Source: Amoebophrya sp. A120 | Taxonomy: Eukaryota; Protista; Dinoflagellata | DNA: 64,000 bases | Direction of reading: 5' to 3' | Assembly: GCA_905178155.1 (NCBI GenBank) | Contig: CAJINV010000016.1 | Location: 1,811,102 to 1,875,101, forward strand | Part shown: positions 24,660 through 37,700 of the stretch, in pieces | Position numbering within the stretch: position 1 is the stretch's first letter | Layout: each line of letters opens with the position of its first letter | Notes under the pieces: generated by a model | Told to the model about the DNA's origin: nothing | Databases searched by the model: none | What the model saw: the letters and a program-made list of their open reading frames with translations, nothing else | Position numbers and translations under genes: made by a program

Positions 24660-25418
24660 GATCTTCTTTGCGCGTTATGTCTATCTCGTACTAGAATTAG
24701 AATTTCAATTTCAGGTTTTTATCTCTCACTCCCAACTGTTTGTGTTTTCTTCAGAAGCCCTATATTCGTTTGTTTCGATTTCGAATATGCGCGTTCCTCT
24801 CAAGCCGAAGCCGCGGCTCTCGTGTGAGAATGAAGTTTCCGCAGGCGTCTGAAAAGATCAGTGTTGAAGTACGTAAATCGCACTCGCGATACTAGGCTGT
24901 GTCTACTAAGCACTTCTTTTGTCCAACTCATTCAATGCCCCTCGTTTTCTGCTTTTCCCTCGCTATCACATTGCAAGCTAGTATCTCACGTATTTTCAGA
25001 CCCCTGAAATATCCTGCTGTAGCAGTTAATTTTGCCCATAACTTTGCCCCTGCTCTTCGCACTCAAAAAAGAAACCCGCTCACTTTCCTTGACTTTCACT
25101 TTGGATGCCACGTTAAAGCAGCGAAGAGACGAGCATTTGAACAAAGTTAAAGCAGAAAGCAAAATTGGGAACAATCACAGACGTGGTCATGCGTCGTTTT
25201 TTAACGTTCTTCGTAACCCCCGCTCGATAACCACCGGCTTACCGAATAATCCATCACATATACGACCACCGCAACATCGTGCACAACAGTTCTGTCAAGA
25301 ACTCAATTCCAAAGGAATAAAGAGGAGAAGCCGCAACGGCAACACCAACAGCGGGTCACATAACTGGGAGTTCTACTTCGATTTCAGACGAGTTTCAAAA
25401 GCGGTTGTTGAACTCCTT

Positions 25419-26411
25419 TTATTTTCTTTTCACCCTCACCTCCCTCCTTTCCAAAAAAGCCGCCAGCTCAAGCCTCTTCTTCGTCTTTTCCTTCCTGCAG
25501 TCGATGCGAACTAGCGTCGTCGCGGTGCCCCCAAGCGACTTACAGTACGCCTCCGGATCGGTGCATTCTGCGCACGTATCTGCTAAAGAGCAGCTTTGCA
25601 TGCCCGCGCTATTTTCCTGCTCTCCTCCTCCGACGTGATGATCCTTATCACAGGATATGTACTTGTGCAACTTCCCCTCGTCGTACGAAGCCGCGACGAT
25701 CGTCCCTCTTCCCGGCTTCGACCTGCGGCGCCGGCGTTGCGTGTCGCGGTGGGAGAGCTTTTCGTGGTAGTGCAGAACGCCCGTGGCAGCGTTGCAGATC
25801 CACTTTGTATCGTTCCGCTTTTGCAGCTCGAGCCCGCTCAGAGGGTAGCACTCCCAGTCCACTCTGGGATCGCGGCGCCGCTTATGTCTTGTTTTGCGGT
25901 GCTTTTTTTTATGTGGAACTACTGCTCCAGTCGAAGATTTGGTGAGACTCGACGTGCCGCCGTGCTGTTCCTTGTCGTGCAGTTCAGTTTCGGCTTGTTT
26001 GCGAGGAGCCGACGTTCGTCTTGCTTCTGCATCACCGCCTTCATCATCGGAATGAGTTGGATGTTCTTCCGCCGATATTTGTAGTCCGAGCGCAGCAGCA
26101 CCGGTGGCTTCTGATGGCATAACCTCTTCGTCCTCCCCACTGTTCACGCGGCTGACTCCGCCTGCAGCATCGTGGGGAGTGCGTCGCGGCGCATGGTCCA
26201 CTTGCTGATGCTGGCTGTGTGAAGTAGTAGCATCCTTGTTCTTCGCCACAGCTTCTTCCTCGAGAAACGCGACATTAGAGTTTCCGCCCCTCTCCTCCGA
26301 ATCCGACACCGGGTTGACCTGCATGACAGGGGCTGGCTTCCCCACCCGACTGGCCTCCATTACTCCATTGACGCTGGCGACGCAAAAGGCAGCGGCCGTG
26401 GCGATTCTCAT
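25419..26411 (-). CDS. Secreted protein with the KWICD-type domain (paralog 3, intronless)
   Basis: Signal peptide MRIATAAAFCVASVNG; TKWICN..GVLHYHE..LHKYISC..CAECTD..TTLVRIDC. Confidence 0.8.
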   Translation of the reverse strand: MRIATAAAFCVASVNGVMEASRVGKPAPVMQVNPVSDSEERGGNSNVAFLEEEAVAKNKDATTSHSQHQQVDHAPRRTPHDAAGGVSRVNSGEDEEVMPSEATGAAALGLQISAEEHPTHSDDEGGDAEARRTSAPRKQAETELHDKEQHGGTSSLTKSSTGAVVPHKKKHRKTRHKRRRDPRVDWECYPLSGLELQKRNDTKWICNAATGVLHYHEKLSHRDTQRRRRRSKPGRGTIVAASYDEGKLHKYISCDKDHHVGGGEQENSAGMQSCSLADTCAECTDPEAYCKSLGGTATTLVRIDCRKEKTKKRLELAAFLERREVRVKRK

Positions 26412-27106
26412 TTTATGATTTCTTGTGTCTGCTTCTAGTACTCAAGACGCAATATTACTTAGTCTCCAAGCAGCAGAAGCAATAGACCGTTGCAAGCCTT
26501 TAATCTTAATGTTTCACGACACGCCCTTGAATTAGGAAAAACACAGTCTCAAGACCAAGACCTCTCGTCGTGCCAGAATTGTGAAAAATGTCACTCACGC
26601 GACACTCAAACATTTGGCCTCCAGTAAAGACGGACCTCGTGTGGTGCATGAAGACGAGCTGCATTACCTGCAACTAAGAATTGCCGACCCACAACGTACC
26701 GGAGGTGTAGGTAGCTGCAAAAGTGCTCGTGCGAGAACACCTCTGTCGACATTTTCAAACGCATTCCCGCTGTAAAATTACACTTTCATCTTGACTTCCC
26801 ATTCATGTTGTCGGAGTCGGTCCCCTATGGACTACATTATTTTGATTTTCTCCGTCTTTTGTTCGTAGGAAAATAACATGTTTTACGCAATGATAAACAT
26901 TTTGAAACCTTCGAAAAAAAGTTAATGCTGGTGCATCAAAGCGGCCCTCCTGGGGAACGACTACTGGATTATCATGTGGTCGCGGTCGGTGTTAACCGAT
27001 CATATACAAACACAACCATTTTCATCCACCAACACCACCATCTCCCCATCAATGTCTACTAAGTACTCCGCACACAAATCCCGCTCCGTGCCACCGTCCT
27101 GTCCGT

Positions 27107-27885
27107 TCACGGATTAGGACTGCAGTCTGCAGTCGCGAGGGTCGTGCTGCTGGCGTCCGGACAGCCGTCCGCGCCGCTCAAGGCGGTAATGCAGGCCGTG
27201 TTGCTGGCGCCCACCTCCCCGCTCTCGATGGCTGCGTTCGACACGGTGCAAGCGACGTAGGTGTGCTTTCCCGAATTCGCCGGCGGAGTGGCCGGGGCCG
27301 CGCTTGCGGCTCCCTCCTTGTAGTGCAGCCAGCCCTGCACGGTCCCGCCCCCGCGGTCGATCACATCGCAGATCCATTTCACGCCACTGGCAGGCGTCAA
27401 TGCGAGGCTCTCGCCGCACTGCACGACGGGGGGAGGGGGGGGTTCTGTGTCTTTCTCACCCTCCTGCACGGACAGGGCAGATATCTTCGTGTCCTCCTGG
27501 ACGATCACCCGGTCTTCGCGGAGCAGCTTGTTGTATCAAGTGGAGAAATGTCTGGGTCTGGAAGAATGCGAACTTGTCATGCAGATTTTACATGGCCCGT
27601 GACGTCTGTGATGTATTCCCTGGCATCACAGATTTTCTGAGTGCTTCTTGATGCCTATTCCGCATGACAAATGGCCTCCCCGCGTAGCAGAAACTGGACT
27701 CCTCTTGCTGGTCATGCAAAACAGATTTCTCTAGAGTCCAAAATTAGCATCACAGGTTGCATCCTTCCAGACCCAGACATTTTTACAATCCATATGTTGT
27801 TGTGCCGCATCAAATTATGCCCGCGAACGGCAATGCCGGAAATTGATAACAGGGTTGCTGCGGCGAAGACTGCTCGGTGGAACAT
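27107..27885 (-). CDS. Small secreted protein with the KWICD-type domain (paralog 4)
   Basis: Signal peptide MFHRAVFAAATLLSISGIAVRG; join RHN/KLLRED across 27534-27794; VKWICD..GWLHYKE..KHTYVAC..TTLATADC. Confidence 0.82.
27534..27794. mobile_element. Introner family A
   Basis: TIRs, TSD tgttg/tgttg. Confidence 0.92.
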
Positions 27886-28807
27886 TTTTTTTCTGTGCTG
27901 GTGCAATTAGGTGGTGTACTATGCTCTCTTTGGTTTCCGGCTAGAGTATTCAAAGAACGACACACGACATATTGATATTCCGTGTCAGAAAAGCAGTACT
28001 GAGGTTTCAGAGGGATAGTTTAGACGTACTCGTGTGATGAGAAGCTTCTCCTGGCTAAACAAGGCCCCGAAAGCAGCTGCAGATTGATGAATCTCTCAAT
28101 GATTGACACAGCACCAGTAGGCCTTGTTGCAAGAGGAGCAAAATAAACGTGCTCACGACAAATGATGTCTGCACGACTCAACCCATCCGCTGCCTCTTTG
28201 CTCTCGTCGAGAAAGTGAGTGTGAACGGCAGAACAAGTGGACCTACTCACGGAAGAACGAGTGGACCTACTCGCTTTGGAACCGATAAGGCACAAGACGA
28301 ATCATATGTAAATAATAACTCGTCCACGTTCTGTGCGAAAAGAACTTCCCCACATAATAGACGAAAATCAGAAGCACGAAGTAAATCAGTGAACGAGTGC
28401 ATTGACGGAGAAACAACACCAGCACGAAAGAGAAAGACGGGACGGCATCGGCAAGTGTACGCACTACTATTTGGAGATTAGAAACTTGGTGCACAACGAA
28501 TATTACCCCACTGTTGCAAGAAAACGAAGTGACCACATGCACGCAGAGTAATTATTTCTCACTTGTCGAACACAATCAAGTTCGCTGCCTTCAAGGCCGG
28601 AATCCCACGGTTGGGTCGCGTAGTCTTCGCAGGAGAACATGCGGTGTAAATAAAGTCATACATCAGCATCAGCATGAAGCATTCCGTGTCTGCATGAAGA
28701 GATGAAAGCACACTAGTAGGGAAGATGATCCGATGCGCTGTTGGAGAAATTGTCGTTGTTGAAGCAGAGTTCTTTGAGGCACAAAAATACTACGTACAGG
28801 CAGCATT

Positions 28808-30453
28808 TCACTCCAACTCTCCCCGCACGAATTTGTTCCTTTCCGACTCGAACGGCACGGACCCGACCGCGGAATGTGCCCTCCTGTTTTCGTCCTTTCG
28901 CTTCTTCGCGTCCTTCATGATCTTTTGCTTCTCCATGTTGTTTTTCATCTGTTTGGGTAACCGCTGGAACTTCTTAATCTTCGAAATCTCCCTGCACGCC
29001 GAGAACTTCTCCACTAGTTTCTGCTTGTAGTAGATCGACTTCTTTTCTCGTTCGGACACAGTGCCCAGCTTCTCGCTTGCATTCGCCTTCCAGATCCGCA
29101 CGTTGTGGTCCTCAGAGCCGGAGAAAACGAATCTGCCGTCCGTGGAGAACTGACAGGTGAGAACTCTCTGCATCCGTTTCGTGTGGTAGCAGTGCTTGGA
29201 TTTTTGCCCGTCTCTACTCCAAACTCGGATGGTTTTGTCATAACTTGCGGACACAAATTCCTGCCCGTTCGGGGCGAAGTCAATGTCGAGGACGGGCATC
29301 TGGTGGTCCTGGTGGACGGTCAAAGCGTGAGTCAGTTTTCGCATGTCGAAGCTGTAAAGATGGCCGTTTTCGTTCGCCGCCGTGAAGTGGGTGGGCTCTT
29401 GCGGGTTCCAACAAAGGGCGTTGGAACGGTTTTTCAGGAGGACCTGATACAAGATGAAAATGGATGGATTTTATGGAAAATGATGAAAACCGCAACCATA
29501 AATTATGTGCGCAAATAAATACCAGTGCTGAAATAAATCTTTCTTTGGAATTCTTGCATCCATACATAAGATTCTGCCAGAAGCGACTCTCTTCTGATCT
29601 TCTGAAAACCTGAAATTATCACATCTTCCGAACAAAATACCTTTCTTATCGCTCCTTGCTGCGTGCTTTGCCTGAGATCGTAGAGTGAAATGCTGTTGTC
29701 CGCCGCGGTTGCCGCGATTAAGCAGGGCTCTGCCGGGTTAAATTTCGCGGTGAAAACCTGTTCGCAGCCCCATTCTATGCTGGACACCGGTTGGGAGCGA
29801 TTTCTGTCCCACACATCCACGGTTTCTCCAGTTGAGATTAGCATTGGTTTTGACCAGTGGTGATCAATACTAGTAATAGGACTGGTCGTGCGGTAGGTGT
29901 GCTTGGGCAGAATTTGATTCGCACTCGTCTTGTCCACATTGTAGTTACTCGTGTTCAGAGCGTGCTGTTTACTCGCGAAAGCACTGGACGTTGCTTCGGC
30001 TTCGTTCTCCAAATTTGAGCCGTTCAACTGGTTCAAGTCCCACCAGTGGATGCACTTATCGTCTCCGCAGGTGAAAATGGAGTTCATGGAATTCAGATTC
30101 GGCTCCTCGATAATCCCCCTTACAAACCCCGTGTGCGCCTTCCACCGACTTTGCACCTTGCTGTAGCCCAGGTCCCACAGCAAGATCTCGCCGTCGCAGG
30201 CCCCGGAATAGAGCCTCGTGGCGGACACGTTGGACCGTTTTATGACTCGAACGGCGTCGAAGTGATTGTCTAAAGCCTTCACAAACGGTTGCTCGAACAT
30301 TTTTTCGATTTTCACGGAGTTCAGAGCTCGCTGGTATTCCCTTTCGCGCGCGAAGGGGTGGAGGATGGGGTCCGGATTTCGCTGGATTTTCGTCATCTCG
30401 TTCGCCTTCCCCTGGTCGCCTTCCGCGGCGTGGTGGAGCACTTTGATCTTCAT
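28808..30453 (-). CDS. DCAF13: DDB1- and CUL4-associated factor 13 / Sof1 (U3 snoRNP WD40 protein)
   Basis: MKIKVL..RNPDPILHPFAREREYQRALN, WD40 repeats, YHTKRMQRV and a Sof1 C-terminus; one canonical GT-AG intron 29444-29640. Confidence 0.95.
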
Positions 30454-31393
30454 TTTTCTGATTTTTTCAGAATAACTACAAGTCGCTTGGAAATTTTTGT
30501 GCAATGAGAGCTATGTTGACAATGGTTCAATCTGGTCGCTTCCTCTCTGCTCAAGAATGATACTTACACAGCCTCGCGACTACATTTAGAGCATTTTGCC
30601 ACCTGAAAGGAGTTGTGGGAAAAATCTGGACGTTGATAATTCGAATTCCTCACTGAAAAATCATCCATCGCCGGCTCAATGCAGCTCCTCAATATCGATC
30701 TTTAACTGGCTGCATTTGTAAAGAATGATCCTCTGCGTACGTTGCATTTGTGCGATCCCAACTGTCTAGGCTTCAGGATTTCCCTCTCGGATCGCACATG
30801 CCATCATCTTCAGGTGATCTGTGTAAAGATGTCGCCACCTGATCCTGCGACACATCAGATCCAGACACACCAATAGCAGCCTTGAGTCAGCACTGCATTC
30901 GGCAATTTTCGGAGATCTTCATTTGCATTTTCGCGGAGGTCTTTCAGATCTAAATTTCCATTTCTCAGATGCGTCAGGGGGCGACTGTGTGTATCGTATC
31001 ACGGACAAACCCTTCTGCTGCAAAGTGCAAAAACTAGAAATGGCTATAGCTCCACGATGGAGGCGAGAACTACCTCAGGATATAGAAAAGCACGTGGCGG
31101 TAGTCTACATCTACTTGTAATGATTGATAGAACTTGCTGAAGATCAGTCACAGCAGCTGCACGTGCGTGGCCATGCTGGCACCAATGCGGTTCATTTATC
31201 GTCCTATGTCACTTTCGCTTTTTTTATTGTCGCTAGATTTCATCTTCTTGCTCGAAGACTTGGGAGTGAAACGCACCATGAGGTGCTGGCGCAAAATATT
31301 CGGATTTGTCAGCATTTGATGTTCAAGTCCCAACCACAGAACCGGCGAAAGAGGATGCACATCGAGAAGCTCCTTCTTGTTCGTTTCTACTCT

Positions 31394-32284
31394 TTAATTC
31401 CACTCCAATTCCTCCGGCAACACCTTTTTCCCTGCGTCCTTCACACTTTTCCGTTCCCGATCTCTCTGCAAGGGCTTTCGCATGTCATACGCATCTTCCT
31501 CCCCGGAATAGTACCCCAGTACCGTGCGAAAAATCACGTACCCCAGCTTTTCGTAGAACCGGACCGCGGCGATGTTCGAGCCCCGAACGAATAAATCCGC
31601 GAAGTAGCAGTTGAAATTCACGTTCTCACTCAGCTCCTCAAAGCAGGCCATGAGCTTCTTCGCGACCCCGTGTTTCCTAAATTCCCTTGCGACCGTGACG
31701 GCGGACACGTGGCTGTGCCAGAGTTCGTTCTCCCCCTCGACTTTCCCGATCAGATAGCCGCACAAAATCCCGTCCGCGGTTTCCGCAACCAGACAGCACT
31801 CTGGCCAGGTGAGAAGGTATTTCAGGTAGAAGCCCGTGCCGAAAGTCTCGGTCCACTGGTCCAGGTTGATTTGCACGAGCCGCTCCAGATCCGTCACGCG
31901 CATTTGCCGCACGCTGAAGGTGTGCAGGTGAAAATCGTTCGGGAGAAAGTCGTAGGAGGATGTGGCGGATCCGTTTTGGTAAAGACGTTCTTGGGTTGAT
32001 GTCGGGGATCTATCTGTTTGCTCTTGCTCGTCATGGCCTACTTCCAGCGCCGTGGATGGTCCGAACAACTTTCGCACAGCTGCCGTGGTTTCAGGCTCGA
32101 GTGGGTTGGTGGTTGAATGCGTTGTTTCTGCTGATGTCGTGTTTGGGTCGTTATTTTCATCACGTGTTTTTATCTGCTCCACCACCTCGAGGAGATCGAG
32201 GAGATTTGTTTTCTCATGCTGGGAAGGCGTCGCAGCTCCGGCATCGCTTAACCGCGAGGGGAAGGAAACTTTGGCGCTTACCAT
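31394..32284 (-). CDS. NAA20: N-alpha-acetyltransferase 20 (NatB catalytic subunit)
   Basis: INLDQWTETF..FYLKYLLTWPE, GKVEG..WHSHVSAVTVA, FADLFVR.SN..AV.FYEKLGY..YYSGEEDAYDMRK. Confidence 0.93.
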   Translation of the reverse strand: MVSAKVSFPSRLSDAGAATPSQHEKTNLLDLLEVVEQIKTRDENNDPNTTSAETTHSTTNPLEPETTAAVRKLFGPSTALEVGHDEQEQTDRSPTSTQERLYQNGSATSSYDFLPNDFHLHTFSVRQMRVTDLERLVQINLDQWTETFGTGFYLKYLLTWPECCLVAETADGILCGYLIGKVEGENELWHSHVSAVTVAREFRKHGVAKKLMACFEELSENVNFNCYFADLFVRGSNIAAVRFYEKLGYVIFRTVLGYYSGEEDAYDMRKPLQRDRERKSVKDAGKKVLPEELEWN

Positions 32285-32929
32285 TTTGGTGATGTAGAAG
32301 TTCTTGGAGCAGATGGACTCAATAAGCAATGTATTTTTAGATAAGTAGATGAAAACACAATCGCCAGGGATTCGATATTTATAAGGTGGAGTTTTTCTTT
32401 CTGCACTTCACGACATGGACACTTACACATGTGGTTCTAAACTCACAAAACATAAAGATGAATCACCGTGTGCCTGCTCTGAAAATGTTGGCACAGCCGA
32501 TTCCGGTTCAGAAGCGTACAGAATGAGAGCGCAAGACAAAGGCAGAACTGGGCTAGGTTGTAAAACCGCTACGAAACACTTACGGGGGCCAAGAAGGTGT
32601 TCTAGAAAGATGTGGTCACCAACATCAGAAGCGCCACCTTCCTTTCCTTCGCGAGGAAAGTGGCCCCGCAAATCAGAACCTATTCCCTGGGAACAAAAAT
32701 AACGGGCATGCCGGAGTAAGCGACATTGGAAGTCAATGGACGCCACATTCCGTCGGCTTCTGCTGCAGGGGTAAGTACTCGCGCGAGCTACTCTGTAGCA
32801 ACTTACGGGCCAACCTGGAGGCGGCAAGTGCGAACTTTCAAGCTATGCATGCGCACAACCGGAGGAACGAAGGCGGAGGGCGTCGGCGAGCCTGCATGCA
32901 AGAGATGCCGCCGAGCCGTTCAGCGCTGA

Positions 32930-34330
32930 ACCGAAGCCGGCACGCAAGCAATCAAGCACACGCCACCGGCCTCGCCGGGGCACTGGCATAAAAATATCAG
33001 GGACCCTCTGGCGCCGCCCCCTCGTCCGCCCGCGGTCCTGTGGGCCCGCCTACCGGCAACAAGGGCCGCGCGGGACCTCATGCCCAGGGTGGAACGGAAG
33101 AACCCGGCCCGCCCGGCCCGCGCTCTCGTGGCGCGGGGCGGCTTGGGGGCCGAAAATAGGGCGCCAAATTGCGCCAAGTGCGCGGGCCCACGAACGGGGG
33201 GCCGGCGCCTTTTGTTAATTTGCTCGGCGCATCGGCCCGGCGGCGTCGGCACCTAGAGGGCCTGGGTTTCGCAGCCTTCAGCGTTCTCCAACCTCTTTCG
33301 ATGTTTTGCGAGACGAAGGGCAAGAGCCGCCAGGCGCTGGGCCCATCGCCCCGCTTGGACGGCCGTAGCCTGGGCAGTTCATTACGCCGCCGGCCCACTC
33401 AGTTCTTTGCCAATGGTGGTCGCTAGCAAGCTAGCGCGAGGGCGCAGAGCGTTCCCAATGCCACACATCAGCCGGCTGTGGTTCGGGCGCCGGTCGTTGC
33501 AGTTACAGCTGACGCATGAGCTACTCTCTCAGTCTAGTTATAAGAAAGCGGGCGACTTCTCCTCCCGTTCGCCGCGGCTTGCAGTGCGGCGCGCGCCCCC
33601 GCAGCAGCGGACGGGCAACATTCCGCCCCGCCTGCCGCCCGGTAGGACCCCAATCGCCACAGCACTGGCATGCCAAAACGGGGGCGGCTTCGTTCTCTGC
33701 CTTTTCGCGCGGGGCCTCCCTGGCTAAGAGAGCCCGTCGGCGGTCGCCGCGAGCTGCGACGCAATCGCCCGCGTGCCTTCTTCGGCCCAGGCGGCCGCTC
33801 GCTGTTCGTAGTGCAGGAGCGACGTACCACGGCCCTGCCTGCCGCGCTTCACCCGGCTGCAAAACTGACGAGCGCGCTGCCCCGAATGTCAAAACAGAAC
33901 GCCGCCAGCTGCGAGGTCGCTGCTAAGGCAGCGGGCCGGCGCGCAAAGAGGCCGGCCCGAAAGGGCGCGCGAGCTGCGGCATTCCCGAACGCGGGGCGAC
34001 GGTGATGAAAATCGCCGCGACCGACTCGGCGGCGCTGAGGCTCATGGGGATCCACTCCAGCGCGGGGCAACTAATACCACCCGCGCAATGGATCCGCTCC
34101 AGCTGCTCCAGCTTCGGGCTTTCGACGCCAGAGCCCCGCCCCACAGCTGCCACGACTTTGCTGCACTCGGTCGCTTCCCAAAATAATGCAGAAGTTCCGC
34201 GGGACCGGCTCAGCTTGCCAAGGCCGCCCCGTGGAGAAAGGGGCGGCCTCGGGCACCTTGCCCGAGCAACGCCCGCGGGCCCAGCCACCCGGCGGCCCTT
34301 CGACCTGCGACCGCGGGCAGTTTTCTGATC
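32930..34330. other. GC-rich intergenic island, probably a non-autonomous mobile element
   Basis: Abrupt GC increase with many ggcc/gggccc/ggcgcc sites, similar in composition to 12126-14100; no credible ORF; ends not defined. Confidence 0.4.
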
Positions 34331-34735
34331 TATGACGAAAGCCGGCGGGCATGAATATCCATAGATGCGGCCGGATCTTTTTCATCGCGTCGGCCTTGAT
34401 CGTGTAACTGTCGATGGATCGCGGGGCTATTCTTTTATTTCGCGAAGAACGAACACAGATCCTCTACTCTTCAAGCAAATTTGAGGTCTCATTAGTAACA
34501 GAGATGAAGATTAGTGCAGCAAATACAAACTCAAATGCGCATGAATGTTCAACTGAGATTCAAGATCGAGAGCCACTTGCGTTGCCGGGTCGATCAATAC
34601 ATCATGCTTGCAATTGCATTGATGATCTCGGGAAAATTATTATTGTCAACAGCACGCGACAAAAAGCTATATTCATTCTATCCCTGATAGCGACATCATC
34701 GCTCGACACGTCACAAACCCTTTCAGTATCATTTT

Positions 34736-37700
34736 TCACGCCGTACTCAAGTCCGTCCTCAAACACCCTCCATGCCCCGCAAAGTAGGCATTTTGCCCCG
34801 CGTGCCCGAACTCCGCCGCCGTTTCGCCGAAACCACTCCGCGAGAGCACCACCGCGTTGGCTTCGCTGACTAGATACCAGGACACGAACGCCGGCACAAT
34901 CCCGTTCAGCCGTTGCGCGCCCTTGGAGCGGTCTAAATGGGATATTTCGTCCGGATCCAGCATCTTCAACTTGTCTACGCGGAGCAGTTCCTGCACTTCC
35001 GGCAGATCCAACACCCGTTTCGTGTCCGTAGCGAGGTACCAGGCTGGGTTGAGGAACTGCTGTTGCACAGAAGAACTTGTAGTGGTTACTCCCTGAAGAT
35101 GCTCACCAGCCGGAACACTGCTCCGTGTCGTTGATGATGTGAAACCGCCGAACAACACCTCTTCGACCTTGGTCGCGCAGGCGAAAAAATCCTTCACCAG
35201 AGACTGCAGGCCGTGTCGCGAAGGATCCCACCAATTGCTTTCGTTGCCTGCACGGAAGTGCAGGGCGATGTATGGACGGTAGGCGGCGAAAGACTGCGCC
35301 TCTTGAAGATCATATTCCGCAGGGGGTTCGGGTATTGTTAGTGATGTCGGAACATCATGATCAACTTCTCCCCTATTCGTCGAAGTGGCAGTTATTTCAT
35401 CCCTAGACAACAGGTATTTCCCTATTTTCAGATTGTCCTTTGCGTCTTGGATTTGGTTCTGTAAAAAGAACCCCGGCTGCACCAAGAAATTCCATATCGC
35501 CCGGTTCAAAAACGGCGTCGTCCCGAGCAAGCCCAGCTTTATCGCCTTCTCCCGTAGCTTCCGGTGGCGGAGGAATTGCCCCGTTTCGCGGATGTTGGTC
35601 TGGATCAGCAACGTGTGGGCGCGGTTGTCCATCAGCCAATCTAGCTCCTGGTGAAACCGCAAGTCGTGGCCGTTCACCATCTCCATGCTCGCATCGACGT
35701 CGGCCACGCGCCAGTCGATGTGGTTCGGGGTGAAAAGCAGGTCGAAGGGGACGGGGTTGTCGGAATCGATGAAAAAATCCCGGTCGAGCAGCAACGACAG
35801 CACAAACGCATTGACAATGCCCTGTGCCCGGTCGCCGTGGCCGCCGCAGAGCGTGTGCGGCGCACAGGTGTAGACCAGGCGGGGGCGGGAGGACGGATGT
35901 AGTGGCGCTTCCTCGTCGTGGTCCGCATAGTTGATGCTCTCGTTCGTACTAACTCCAGCGTCGCTATTTTCTACACCTGGCACCAAGTTTGTGTTGGAAA
36001 ATCTCGAGCGCCAGACGGTGTAGAGGTAGTTCCTATCTTGCTCCGTAGGTTCGAGGGGTTCTTGCACGATTTTCTCGCAAAACCTCGGCAGTTCCACAGC
36101 TTCTTCCGGGTGGTGGGCTTCGGAGGTGTATCAAGTGTAAAAATGTCTGGGTCTGGAAGGATGCAGAGGTTTGTGATGCAGCTTCGGCGTGACCCAGAAG
36201 GGCTACCATGCACGTCCCAGCATCACAGGTTTTATTTAGAAGGTCTCTTAATGCGTAATCCGCATGACAAGGCCCTTCTTTCGGTGGCCAGAAATGTGCA
36301 GCCTTTGGCTTCCATGCATGACAGATTTTTGAGTCATGCGAAATGCGCATCACAAGTTCGCATCCTTCCAGACCCAGACATACTTATTTGCATTTGATAG
36401 GGTCAGAACCTCCACGATTTCCCGGAGGTCTATCGGTTTTTGGTTTTGATGTTCATCACTACTTTTATCCGCGTCTACAACCCCGGATGTTGAGGCCCCC
36501 GTTCCTGTTGCAGTAGATCCGTCCTCCTCAGTGTGGTGTTTATGCCACGTTTATCCAAGAAAAAAACTGTGTTAGTGTAAGTCTTTTGGGAAAACAGCAT
36601 CACAAGTTTGTCTGCCATGACAGGACAAACTTGTTATGCGCAGATACAAAGGGAAAACACATAGGAAGCGAGCCGGTCATGCATGTCGAGCATCACAAGT
36701 GTAACTGTTTCGCATTTTCTGCATCACAGATTTACACTTACACAGTTTTTTTCTTGCATAACGTTTCGTCAGTGACGGAGAAATCGAAGGGCGGTTTGTA
36801 TTCCGTGACCAGAGGCTCGTCGGGATATTGTACTGAAGAGGAGGACGAAAGTGATACGACCCACTGCCCTTCTCCCGGGAGGGTGAAAATCGTGTCGTTT
36901 CGCGTGGAATTGTCTGCGTCCTCTACCACCGGAATGGGAATCTTCAAAGTCGGTGTTGACTTCATTGTCTCTGTTCCATCCGCTCTGTAGTTGCCCGATG
37001 TTGTTGTAGTGTCTCCTCGCTGTAGTCCTTCTAGTTGTACTGCGTAGTCGCAGAACCAGATGTTTTCATACCCCAGTTCTGCGCCTAACCGCGCCGCAAT
37101 GCTCCTGGCGTCCAGAGAGCCGTGCTGCTTCCGCCAGATGAGCTCGTCGAGTTGTGGTTTTCTAAGCCACTTTTTGGTCTGTTTCGTCTCGTCAATGTAG
37201 GAGTAAAAGCCCTCCCGCAGGCGCGGTTTTCGGAGAATCGTGGGCATGTTCGTCATGGCCTCCTCCTCCGATTTCGTACTTTGCGATTTTTGCGGGTCAG
37301 TGTTTTGGCTGCCGTTCGTAGTAGTCTCTGCTTCTTGATCGTTCTTCTGTGCAGCATCTTCTTCGGCTGTGGAATGATCCTCTGCTTTGGTTTCATCTTC
37401 AGAAGCCCTCGCTGCTTGTTCATCTCCAACAGCGCCGTCAACCTCTCCTTGTTTTTCGTCTCCTGTTGCTGCGCCACCAGTTCCCCCCGCACCCTGCTCC
37501 TCCTCTTCAACCTCTTTAAAAAACTGTATTTTCTGCGGCGAAACGAAATCAGACAGAGACAATGCGCCGAATTTGTCCGGTGCGTAGTTGTGCCTCGGCT
37601 GCGGCTTGGACCAATCTTCTAACAGAACCACTTTCGCCAACCCCGAGACGTCAAACCCGCTGTTCAGCTCGGTCGCGTCGGCGGCGAGCAACGGGGCGTT

